A stretch of DNA of 64,000 nucleotides from Chiloscyllium plagiosum (lineage: Eukaryota), in contig NC_057759.1 of the NCBI RefSeq assembly GCF_004010195.1, positions 2,703,187 to 2,767,186 on the forward strand, read 5' to 3'. Position numbers and translations under genes: made by a program. Position 1 is the first letter of the stretch, and each line of letters opens with the position of its first letter. The notes beneath the pieces were generated by a model that saw only the letters and a program-made list of their open reading frames with translations, was not told the origin of the DNA and did not search any database. Below, piece after piece: positions 12,001 to 23,407 of the stretch.

Positions 12001-15000
12001 TTGTACAGGCGTGGCTGCCCTAACTTCATCCCCTCACAACACCTTATCTATTTGCCCATAATATCTACCATTGTTATGCAGTCACATTACAGGGTGCCGT
12101 ACAATTTTAGCGAATACAATAAACTCCTGACAGTGTGGTCTTCCTTCAGAACTAAACTCCTGACAGTGCGGCCCTCTCTCAGAACTAAATGCCTGACAGT
12201 GCAGCCATCCCTCAGAACTAAACTCCTGACAGTGCGGCCCTCCCTCAGTACTAAACACCTGACAGTGCGGCCTTCCCTCAGACCTAAACTCCTGACAGTG
12301 CAGCCCTCCCTCAGAACTAAACTGCTGACAGTGCAGCCCTCCCTCAGAATTAAATTCCTGACAGTGCCGCCCTCCCTCAGAACGGAAGTCCTGACAGTGC
12401 AGCCCTCCCTCAGAACTAAACTCCTGACAGTGCGGCCGTCCCTCAGTACTAAACTTCTGACATTGCGTCTCTTCCTCAGAACTAAACTCCTGACAGTGCG
12501 GCCCTCCCTCAGTACTGAACTCCTGACAGTTTGGCCCTCCCTCAGAACTAAACTCCAGACAGTGCGCCCCTCCCTCAGTACTAAACTTCTGACATTGCGT
12601 CTCTCCCTCAGAACTAAACTCCTGACAGTGCGGCCCTCCCTCAGTACTGAACTCTTGACAGTTTGGCCCTCCCTCAGAACTAAACTCCAGACAGTGTGGC
12701 CCTCCTTCAGAACTAAACTTCTGGCATTGCAGCCCTCCCTCAGAACTAAACTCCTGACAGTTCGGCCCTCCCTCAGGACTGAACTCCTCAGAGTGCGGCC
12801 TTCCCTCAGAAAAAAACACCTGACAGTGCGGCCCTCTCACAGTACTGAACACCTGACAGTGCGGCCATCCCTCAGTACTGAACTCCTCAGAGTGCGGCCC
12901 TCACTCAGAACTAAACTCCTAACAGTCTGGACGTCCCTCAGTACTAAATTTCTGACAGTGCGGCCCTCCCTCAGCACTGAACTCCTGACAGTGTGGTCCT
13001 CCCTCAGAACTAAACACCTGACATTGCGGCCCACCCTCAGTACTAAACAGCTGACATTGCGGCCCTCCCTCAGAACTAAACTCCTGACAGTGCGGCACTC
13101 ACTCAGAACCAAACTCCTGACAGAGCGGCCCTCCCTCAGTACTAAACACCTGACAGTGCGGCCCTCCCTCAGTAATAAATTTCTGACAGTGCGGCCCTCC
13201 CTCAGAACTAAACACCTGACATTGCGGCCCTCTCTCAGAACTAAAAACCTGACAGTGCGGCCCTCCCTCAGAACTAAACTCCAGACAGTGCGGCCCTCCG
13301 TCAGAACTAAACCCCTGAGAGTGCGGCCCTCCCTCAGAACAAATGACATGACAGTGCGGCCTTCCCTCAGAAACAAACTCCTGACAGTGCGGCCCTCCCA
13401 CAGTACCAAACACCTGAGAGTGCGGCCCTCCCTCAGTATTAAATTTCTGACAGTGCGGCCCTCCCTCAGGACTGAACTCCTCAGAGTGCGGCCTTCCCTC
13501 AGAAAAAAACACCTGACAGTGCGGCCCTCCCACAGTACTGAACACCTGACAGTGCGGCCATCCCTCAGTACTAAATTTCTGACAGTGCGGCCCTCCCTCA
13601 GTACTGAACTCCTCAGAGTGCGGCCCTCACTCAGAACTAAACTCCTGACAGTCTGGACGTCCCTCAGTACTAAATTTATGACGGTGCGGCCCTCCCTCAG
13701 TACTGAACTCCTGACAGTGTGGCCCTCCCTCAGAACTAAACACCTGACATTGCGGCCCACCCTCAGTACTAAACAGCTGACATTGCGGCCCTCCCTCAGA
13801 ACTAAACTCCTGACAGTGCGGCACTCACTCAGAACCAAACTCCTGACAGTGCTGCCCTCCCTCAAACCTAAACACCTGACAGTGCGGCCCTCCCTCAGTA
13901 CTAAATTTCTGACAGTGCGGCCCTCCATCAGCACTGAACTCCTGACAGTGCGGCATCCCTCAGTACTGAACTCCTGAGAGCGCAGCCCTCCCTCAGTACT
14001 AAATGTCTGACAGTGCGGCCCTCCATCAGCACTGAACTCCTGACAGTGTGGCACTCCCTCAGAACTAATCACCTGACATTGCGGCCCACCCTCAGTACTA
14101 AACAGCTGACATTGCGGCCCTCCCTCAGAACTAAACTCCTGACAGTGCTGCCCTCCCTCAGACCTAGACACTTGACAGTGCGGCCCTCCCTCAGTACTAA
14201 ACTCCCGAAAGTGCGGCCCTCCCTCAGAACTAAACTCCTGACAGTGCGGCCCTCCACAGAAAAAACCTCCTGACAGTGCCGCCCTCCCTCAGAACTAAAC
14301 TCCTCACAGTGCCACTGCGAGAAACAAAGCCCACTCACTTCAATAATTTCAGTCCGAGACAAGATCTGAATAAGTAGTGTCATTTATTTTTCCACTTGCA
14401 AGTGGGTGTGATGTCCATTGCCAAGCAAGGCAGAGGACAGAGCACACCGAGTTCAACAAATTCTCGATATTTATATAATTTGGGTCCTACATATTTTTTT
14501 CTTATTTAATTGTATTTACCCCTGTACACATCCTCCATTTCCCTAAAAGAGGTCCCACCACTATTGCTTATCCGGCCTTGTTGGTGACAAAATGCTTATT
14601 CTGGCCTCATAAGGCGGTTTGACCACATCCCACTGCAGGTCATTGTTAGGCATATTCTTTCTTCATCATTATCTACTCTTTCCATCTGGGATTCTCCCGA
14701 GACCACTCTAATCTTGATGACCTCTTTAATTAGGGTTTGTTCCTGTGTCTCCATACAAAGTGGGAAACCATCTTTGTACAGGCGTGGCTCGCCTAACTTC
14801 ATCCCCTCACAGCACCTTATCTATTTGCCCATAATATCTACCATTGTTTTGCAGTCACGTTACATGCTGACGTACAATTTTAGCGAATACAATAAACTCC
14901 TGACAGTGTGGTCTTCCTTCAGAACTAAACTCCTGACAGTGCGGCCCTCTCTCAGAACTAAATGCCTGACAGTGCAGCCCTCCCTCAGAACTAAACTCCT

Positions 15001-16350
15001 GACCGTGCGGCCCTTCTTCAGAACTAAACTCCTGACATTGCGGCCCACCCTCAGAAATAATCTCCTGACATTGTGGACCTCCCTCAGAACTAAACTCCTG
15101 ACAGTGCGGCCCTCCCTCAGCACTAAACAACTGACAGTGCGGCCTTCCCTCAGAACCAAACTCATGACAGTGCAGCCCTCCCTCAGATCTAAACTGCAAA
15201 CAGTGCAGCCCTCCCTCAGAATTAAATTCCTGACCGTGCAGCCCTCCCTCAGAACTGAACTCCTGACAGTGCAGCCCTCCCTCAGACGTAAACTCCTGAC
15301 AGTGCGGCCCTCCCTCAGTACTAATCTCGTGACAGTGCGGCACTCCCTGAGAATTAAACTCCTGACAGTGCGGCCCTCCCTCAGACCTAAACACCTGACA
15401 GTGCGGCCCTCCCTCAGTACTAAATTTCTGACAGTGCGGCCCTCCCTCAGTGCTAAACACCTGACAGTGCGGCCCTCCCTCAGCACTAAATTTCTGACAG
15501 TGCGGCCCTCCCTCAGTACAAATTACTGACAGTGCTGCCCTCCCTCAAACCTAAACACCTGACAGTGCGGCCCTCCCTCAGTACTAAATTTCTGACAGTG
15601 CGGCATCCCTCAGTACTGAACTCCTGAGAGCGCAGCCCTCCCTCAGTACTAAATGTCTGACAGTGCGGCCCTCCCTCAGCACTGACCTCCTGACAGTGTG
15701 GCACTCCCTCAGAACTAATCACCTGACATTGCGGCCCACCCTCAGTACTAAACAGCTGACATTGCGGCCCTCCCTCAGAACTAAACTCCTGACAGTGCGG
15801 CCCTCCCTCAGCACTGACCTCCTGACAGTGTGGCACTCCCTCAGAACTAATCACCTGACATTGCGGCCCACCCTCAGTACTAAACAGCTGACATTGCGGC
15901 CCTCCCTCAGAACTAAACTCCTGACAGTGCGGCCCTCCACAGAAAAAACCTCCTGACAGTGCCGCCCTCCCTCAGAACTAAACTCCTCACAGTGCCACTG
16001 CGAGAAACAAAGCCCACTCACTTCAATAATTTCAGTCCGAGACAAGATCTGAATAAGTAGTGTCATTTATTTTTCCACTTGCAAGTGGGTGTGATGTCCA
16101 TTGCCAAGCAAGGCAGAGGACAGAGCACACCGAGTTCAACAAATTCTCGATATTTATATAATTTGGTTCCTACATATTTTTTTCTTATTTAATTGTATTT
16201 ACCCCTGTATACATCCTCCATTTCCCTAAAACTGGTCCCACCACTGTTGCTTATCCGGCCTTGTTGGTGACAAAATGCTTATTCTGGCCTCATAAGGCGG
16301 TTTGACCACATCCCACTGCAGGTCATTGTTAGGCACATTCTTTCTTCATC
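9045..16350. repeat. Composite satellite: 33-bp minisatellite (consensus ctgacagtgcggccctccctcagaactaaactc) in three blocks, each followed by a ~590-bp spacer
   Basis: Arrays at ~9045-11530, ~12120-14305 and ~14895-15988. Near-identical spacers start at 11530, 14305 and 15988; the last is cut by the gap. Confidence 0.97.
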
Positions 16351-17220
16351 NNNNNNNNNNNNNNNNNNNNNNNNNNNNNNNNNNNNNNNNNNNNNNNNNN
16401 NNNNNNNNNNNNNNNNNNNNNNNNNNNNNNNNNNNNNNNNNNNNNNNNNNNNNNNNNNNNNNNNNNNNNNNNNNNNNNNNNNNNNNNNNNNNNNNNNNNN
16501 NNNNNNNNNNNNNNNNNNNNNNNNNNNNNNNNNNNNNNNNNNNNNNNNNNNNNNNNNNNNNNNNNNNNNNNNNNNNNNNNNNNNNNNNNNNNNNNNNNNN
16601 NNNNNNNNNNNNNNNNNNNNNNNNNNNNNNNNNNNNNNNNNNNNNNNNNNNNNNNNNNNNNNNNNNNNNNNNNNNNNNNNNNNNNNNNNNNNNNNNNNNN
16701 NNNNNNNNNNNNNNNNNNNNNNNNNNNNNNNNNNNNNNNNNNNNNNNNNNNNNNNNNNNNNNNNNNNNNNNNNNNNNNNNNNNNNNNNNNNNNNNNNNNN
16801 NNNNNNNNNNNNNNNNNNNNNNNNNNNNNNNNNNNNNNNNNNNNNNNNNNGATAGGATCCCAATCGCTATGACATTAACTGTGAGCAAGGGATATAATCA
16901 AGGAAATTAGTCTGCAAGCAAAATCATCATATATTAGTTGCACATGTACACATGTTTGTTCATGTGCTGTTGCATTAAACTGATTTTAACTGACACAATG
17001 CATCACATTGCCAATCTCAAGACATGGCTGGTCATTCATTTGAAGCCATACTTAAACAAAAATTAATATCAGTGATGAAATTCAGCGTATGAACTTGGAT
17101 AAACGCCCCACTGCGTAAGATAGTTGGGCTTTCCTGAGATGAATAGAGTCATCCAAATTATGTAGTAAACAGGCATCAAAGCAAGACTGATGCACATTGG
17201 TTAAGATGAAACAAAGGTGA

Positions 17221-17842
17221 TGTGACTAAACGTGTCCTTAAGTGGTATATTCTGTTCTGTTCCTCTTGCAGAGTGCTGTTGCTACAATGGTGGCATTATC
17301 TCTCCTTCAGACAGTCAGTTGATAAACAGCTTTGGATACGCCATGATTTTTATTGATGTAAGACAGAAGTGTCATGATTGTGTGTGGTCAGGTCAACACA
17401 AACCAAAAAGCATTTTGGCTTTGATTTCAGTTAGGTGGTGGGTTTGCTGGTTGCTGGAGCTAAAAGCTGGAGGTCTCTGCTGCTAGAATGAACAGACAGC
17501 AATTGAGAATATTAACTATTCTACTGAATTGAATTTTCCCCCAAAAGGTGTGTTTCTGGAGGTATGCTACCAATTATGGAACTGTCGATGATTAGTGGTT
17601 TAAGAATACATTATCTTGTTAATTATTTCAATAAGTTGAAGGTATGCCAATTCTTTTTTTAGTTGTATTTTAACCGTGTTTAAACAATAATTTGAGTGTC
17701 TGTTAAAGCGTAGTGGTGGACTGAACAGATCATATCTGAAAGTCAATGCCTTGCACTTGCCTTGTTAAAGTGTAAAGGTGAGGGTCCTGGCATGCTCCGT
17801 AATATGTTTTGAGGGAGGGGGCAACTGGTCTGTTCCATATTA
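17221..17842. mobile_element. Probable solo LTR
   Basis: Begins TG, ends TA, flanked by the direct repeat GTGA (17217-17220 and 17843-17846). Absent from the paralogous segment at ~54.1 kb. Confidence 0.45.
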
Positions 17843-18239
17843 GTGATTCGGACTGAAACATGCCGGGAATTTATTGAAAAACAACCTGCAAAGTAGAGTA
17901 CACATCGAGAGAAGCAACACATGGAGATTGGAAAGCAGTTACATGGGGGCATCAGAACAAGTCCAAAACCAGTTACAAGAACTAGAGAAACAAGGAGTAT
18001 GACAGGTGTAAAATAAACATTTACAATGCAAGTGCACATTTCACGGCTTATGCCAGCGCAGTCAATAATTTGTGTGATATTGAATGGCTGTGAATCCAGA
18101 AGAGAGTGGAAGAGAGTCATGACCTCAGTGTTACTATAAAGAGCTTTGTTTCTTTGTTTTTCTTTCCAAATTGATTGATTTATTGTTGCTATATATACTG
18201 AGAAACAGAGAAAAGTGTCATTATGCTTGCTGCACTGGC

Positions 18240-19500
18240 AGTTCATACTATACAAGGTGCATTGACTGAGAGTTGAAAAGAGCAGACTGGATCAGGACGA
18301 TTAGCTACAGGATAATCAGACAGTCCGGGAAATATAAGGCTCAGTGAGCTAACAGGCACAATAAAAGACAGGGTAAACGTTGAGTGGCAGACCAAGAGGA
18401 ACATCAGTACAAGGAGTGAGTGTGGTATGAGAAACAAACAGGAAGATTCATGAAGACAAAGATCTGGTGAGAGATAGAAAGTGTTACCAACAGGGAGTGG
18501 AGGTAGAGTGAGACACCAAGAAGAACATCAGGAAGAGACAGCATATACAATGTTTGACAAAGGGTAATATCAAGAGGAAGACCAAATGTGACGTAGTCAA
18601 AGTGATACTTCAGCATAGAAAGTGACTGCCAAGTGAGACCAAATGAACATAAGTCGAAGTAGGTATACAGTGAGAAACCACCAGGAACATCAGCAGAGAG
18701 ATTTATTGCAGAGCAATAAATTCATACAAGCATCAGCAATTGAGATTGATAGTAAAATAAGTGCCAAATAGGAAAATCAGCAGAAAAGGAAAATATCAAG
18801 GGAGGTGCAAACTTGAACATTTGTAGAGAATGTAATGATCCAGTGAGCGATCAGGAGGAACAACATTAGAGATTAGAAGTGCAAAATGAGAATCAGAGAT
18901 AAGTCAGCAGAACAAGTCAGGGAGAAGTGATGGAATAAGAGTAACATTAGTTAAGTGGGTGCAAAACTGGAAAACTTTCAATGGGAAGCGTGATAAATCA
19001 GTAGTAAGAATGAACACATGGTGAGAGACAACAAACACTTAGCATAGAAAACGAGTACAGATGATTGAGAACAAGAAAATCAGCAGAGTGTTTAGGTGGA
19101 GTGAAGAAACTAAGATGAATAGTAACAGAGAGTTTGAATGTAGGAGAAAAAGAAGCAACCATCAGTAGAGAGAATAGGTAATCAAGACACAAAGCAATGA
19201 TAATGTCAATGTCAACTGAGAGACAAAAGTAGAACATTAGAAGAGAAACTAAGAAAGAATGAGTGAACAAAGATTACATTCACCAAGACATTGAGTGCAC
19301 AGTGAGAGACAAAGGTAGTAATATGCAGGGCATGACTGAAGAATGAGTGATCAAGAAGAAAACCAGAAGTGGCATGGAGTATATAATGAATGAAAAAGAA
19401 AAATCTTTACATTATGAGTGACTGGAAAATGGGTATCACAAGCAAATCACAGCTAAATAACAGATCAAGAGGAACATCAACTGGACTGAGTTTAAAGTGA
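18240..19500. repeat. Highly degenerate purine-rich tandem repeat, unit ~40 bp (gagaccaagaggaacatcagcagagagagtgagtg...)
   Basis: The motif accaagaggaacatcag and variants recur at ~18391, 18515, 18638, 18677, 18771 and elsewhere. Confidence 0.6.
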
Positions 19501-19509
19501 GGGAGAAAA

Positions 19510-19900
19510 AAAAACAGAAAACCAAATATGCTCCACGTCACTGCACTAAACCTCCCCTCGCCCCCAGCAAGTAGAAGAAAGACAGGGTCCCTCTTGTCCT
19601 CACTTTCCACCTCACTAGTCTCCACATCCAACGTATGGTCTTCAAGCACTTGCACCAAATCCAAATAGACACGAACACCAGAATATCTTCCCCTCCTCAT
19701 CCGTCTCTGTCTTGTGTGAAGACCATTCCCTTCATCACTACTTGGTTCACGTCACTCTCCCCAACAATCAGCCCGTCTCCAATACCTTCCCCTGAAACCG
19801 TAAGAGATACAATAACTGCTAACATCCTAAATACCCACATCCATCCAGGGTCCCAAACATTTCTACCAGGCTCAACTTGCTTGCCTCTTGCTCGTCTACT
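19510..19900 (+). mobile_element. Penelope-like fragment
   Basis: gacagggtccctcttgtcctcactttccac (DRVPLVLTFH) and FKHLHQIQIDTNTRISSPP. Confidence 0.65.
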
Positions 19901-19909
19901 CCAGCTCAT

Positions 19910-20960
19910 GACATCAAGGCCGCATTTGATCAAGTATGGTATCAAATCAGCCCTGGTGAAACTGAAACCAATGGGTATTGTGAAGCAAATTCTTGCTATC
20001 AAATAGGAAGGTGATTGTAGATTTTGGATGTTTTTCATCCCAGCTTCAGGCGATCTCTGCAAGTGTTCCTGAGGGTGATGTCCTCAGCTCAACCATCTTC
20101 CACTGTTTCATCCCTCCGTCACATCTTCAAAATTGGGGTGTTCGCCAATGATTGCACAATGCTCAGCATCATTCATGTCTCCTCAGATATTAAAGGAAAC
20201 TTTGTTCAAATTCAGGATTCTCTGCCAAGTGACAAGGAGCATTCACTCCACACAAATGCCAGGCTATGCCCATCTCCAATTACTTTTTATCTAACTACTG
20301 CCGCTTGACATTCATGGTAGAGCATTACTGAATCATGCACTATCAACACCCGCTTGGGGATTAGTGTTTACCAGGAACTCAACTTGACTTACCACATATA
20401 CACAGAGGCTACAAGAGCATGTCACGCCCTAAGGATTCTGCTAAGAGTAACTCACTTCCTGACTCACCAAACCTACTCAACGTCTACAAGGAATTAATCA
20501 GTATAGTGATGGTCAACTCCCCACTTGCCTGGATTGTGGCAGCTCCATCAAAATTCTAGAAGGTTGATACTAGCCAGGAGAAACAGCCTACTTGATTTCC
20601 AGCACATCCACAAGTATCCATTTCCTTCACTGCCAATGCTCAGTTGCAGTCTGTTATATTGACAGGATGCATCGCATGATTTCACCAAAGATCCCCAGAC
20701 AGGACCTTTTAAACGCATGACCACTTCTCATCTAGAAGGACAGGGTAAAATATACTTGGGATCTCCACACCTTAATTGTTCCCTTCCGAGCAACTCATTA
20801 CCCTGACTCGCCAGTCCTTCACTATGTCTTACTGTCAATCCTGAAATTCCCTCCATAAGGACATTTTGGGTCAATCTGCAGCATGTGAAGGGTAGCAAAG
20901 GATTGTCAGTGAATAGTGTCCTGTCAGTAATACCCATGCCCCACAAATGGATGGAAATGA
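19910..20960 (+). mobile_element. L2/CR1-like LINE RT and 3' end, degenerate
   Basis: gtgttcgccaatgattgcaca (FADD-like) and ctacaagg...ccacttgcctgg. Same family as 32860-33925. Confidence 0.7.
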
Positions 20961-21199
20961 AACTTGGCAGGAGGTTGCAATTCGATAGAAAGTTATACAG
21001 ATAAGACAAATCACAGAACTGGCCCAGGAATAGATCATGACCTGAACATAATAAAGATTTGTGTAAACCCAGCCATAAATTAACAGAAAATAAAGCATGA
21101 AAGTCGAATCCTGAAATAAATTGTTAGCAGTCTGTAAAATCAAACCAGGAGATGGATGACCAACGCTAACCGAAGGTGACCAGTTAAGGACAACATTTA

Positions 21200-21760
21200 A
21201 GAATAGAAATTGCCAGAGGAACTTGGCAGGTTTTGTAACATCCGTGGACAGAAAGCAAAGGTAATGTTTCAAGTCCAGTATTCCTCTATCAGAACTGAGA
21301 GTAGCTGGGAGAGAAGAGGGGAAGAGAGAGAGAATTTGATAAAGGATTTGAAGATTGTAAGCTGGGGAAATGTAATGCTGTTAATGTGGCCCATACATGG
21401 GTGACAAAGGGTTACATGTGATGACAGTAACCTGTGCCAAGCGTGAATGGACTGTGTGTGTGGGTAAAGGACATGGAATGTGGTGTTGCGGTTCGAAAAT
21501 TATTGAACTCAACATTGAGTTGAGAAAACTGCAGAATCCGGAAGCGAAAAATGAACTGCCATTCTTCCAGCTTGCACAGATCCTCGCTGAAGGACTGCAG
21601 CATGCTCAGGGCAGAAAGTTTTCCAAGGGAGTGCAGAGGTGTTTTGAAGTGGCATACAACTGGAAGCCGGAGGATATTTTACAAGCAGAGCATTAGCATT
21701 TTACAAAGCAGCCACAGAGTCTGGATTTTGTCTTCCCAATATAGAAGAGACCACATTGTC
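21200..21760 (-). mobile_element. Penelope-like 3' end with terminal repeat
   Basis: Minus strand EEWQFIFRFRILQFSQLNVEFNNFR. Hammerhead-like ctgata...gaaa at ~21267-21292. Confidence 0.65.
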
Positions 21761-21769
21761 AGCACTGAT

Positions 21770-22310
21770 TTGATTTGATTTATTGCTGTCATAACGACCA
21801 ATATACAGTGAGGAGTGTTGTTTTGTGTGCTATGCAGCAGATCGCAGACATACAAAATTGCATCAGAGCGGCAAAACAGAATTCAGAATACAGTGCTACA
21901 GGCGTAGAGAAGGTGCAGGAAGTGTTCAAGATTATATGGTTGTAACATTGTATCCTTCACTCTATTCTGTTGCCCTGACTGAGTTGAATAGTGTAATCTG
22001 TCTCTAAAAGATGCAAGATGACACTTTTTCACTGAAAGTCGGTACGAATGACAGTACGATACCAAATCAAATCATTTGAAAATTTCATTCCAAATTAGGA
22101 TGACAGAGGGGAAGAAGCTGGTCTTGAATCAGTTCATATGTTTTTTTTTTGAACGTCTTTATCTTCTTCCCGATAGAACAGGGTAGAAGAGAGTATAATC
22201 ATGTTAGGTGGAATCTTTGGTTATGTTGCCTGCTTTCTCAAGGCAGTAGGAAGCATGGGTGGAGTCAATGGATGGAAGATTCGTTTGCATGACGGACTGG
22301 ACTGCCTTCA
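21770..22310 (-). mobile_element. Rex1-like LINE 3' end, with an oppositely oriented tail at ~21930-22075
   Basis: Minus strand reads FKTSFFPSVI. (aaatc)n tails on both strands. Confidence 0.5.
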
Positions 22311-23095
22311 TGAATACAGTAGACTAGATTGATTGAAGTGTAGCGAAATATGTGCTTCACCTGGAAAGTTGGTCTGGAGCATTGTACAGTGAGGTGGGAA
22401 AGGAAAAATTGAAAAGTGTTGCATTCTCTGCAATCCCATGGGAAGAATGTTTTAGTGAGGTGTTTAGAGTGGAGAAGCTGTGGATGGGGAATCCAAGAAA
22501 TACCACTCCCTGTGAAATTCCAACAAGGCAGTGGTTGGGAATATGTTCCTGGAGAGAGTGGAAATGGTGGCCTGTGATCCTTTGGTTGTGGATGCTGACG
22601 GGGTAGAGAGTGAGGATTGGGGAATACTATCGATGCTGTAAGAAGGAAGAGAAGAGGCACTTACAGAAAAGCAGGACAATTGGTCGGATATAGCTAAGGG
22701 CTCTCTCAAAACAGGGTTGCAGGGAGCCTTTGGTTGAGGAAAAGAAGTGAACATCTGAGACCTCACCCATTTCCCCTGAAGGTAGCATCCTGAGAACAGT
22801 TGGAGATGGAGAAACAAGGAGAATGCAATTGTCCTTAAATGAATCAGGATGGGAGGATGCATCGTCCAGGTAACAGTGGATGATGCATGTTTGTGGTGGA
22901 TATAAGTGTCCAGTCCATCTCCACGAATGGAAGCAGAGATGTTAAGGTAATGGGGTAGGAGTCAGAGATGAACTCAATGACGGTGAGTGCAGGGTGGTAA
23001 TGGAGATTCTTTTTCAGTCACTGTCGAGAGATGAGAGCAGCACTGATGGAGACGTCAGCGTACCGGTGAAAGAGTCAGGGGGAGGGGCCAGAGTA
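22310..23095 (-). mobile_element. Penelope-like fragment (RT C-terminus to GIY-YIG start), continuing at ~24200-24750
   Basis: PTFQVKHIFRYTSINLVYCI. Similar to the 42.5-45 kb family. Confidence 0.6.
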
Positions 23096-23109
23096 GTAAC
23101 TGGATAAGG

Positions 23110-23407
23110 AAGCTGTTGTGATTCTGTTCGCCGAGCTGGAAGTTTTTGTTGCAAACGTTTCGTCCCCTGTCTAGGTGACATCCTCGGTGCTTGGGAGCCT
23201 CCTGTGAAGCGCTTCTGTGGTGTTTCCTCCGGCATTTATAGTGGCCTGTCCCTGCCGCTTCCGGTTGTCAGTTTCAGCTGTCCGCTGTAGTGGCCGATAT
23301 ATTGGGTCCAGGTCGATGTGTTTGCCGATGGAGTTTGTGGATGATCCACTCAACAAACTCCATCAACAAACACATCGACCTGGACCCAATATACCAGCCA
23401 CTACAGC
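23110..23407 (-). mobile_element. Penelope 3' end with fold-back junction
   Basis: Reverse complement of ~47030-47255. At ~23345 the sequence switches to an inverted copy that runs into the gap. Confidence 0.85.

Noticed and set aside
11971..13977. 668-aa ORF and other long ORFs with 11-aa repeats (LTVRPSLRTKL; EGRTVRSLVLR; EGGPHCQEFSS)
   Set aside because: The 33-bp unit is a multiple of three and stop-free in several frames on both strands, so long ORFs are expected by construction. Frameshifts occur within blocks, and there is no non-repeat domain or convincing start.
9045..16000. CRISPR-like appearance of the ~33-bp periodic array
   Set aside because: Units are contiguous variants with no unique spacers, there are no cas genes, and the context is vertebrate.
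11530..16350. Immunoglobulin or TCR locus suggested by the RSS-like motifs
   Set aside because: No V-domain (WYxQ, YYC), J (FGxG/WGxG) or constant-domain sequence was found in the window.
16279..16910. ORFs spanning N runs (also at 23.2-24.5 kb and 51.2-52.1 kb)
   Set aside because: Artefacts of translating through assembly gaps.
17232..17486. Cys-rich ORF with an acceptor-like tcctcttgcag, considered as a second defensin exon
   Set aside because: The cysteine spacing does not fit, there is no leader exon, and it lies inside the probable solo LTR.
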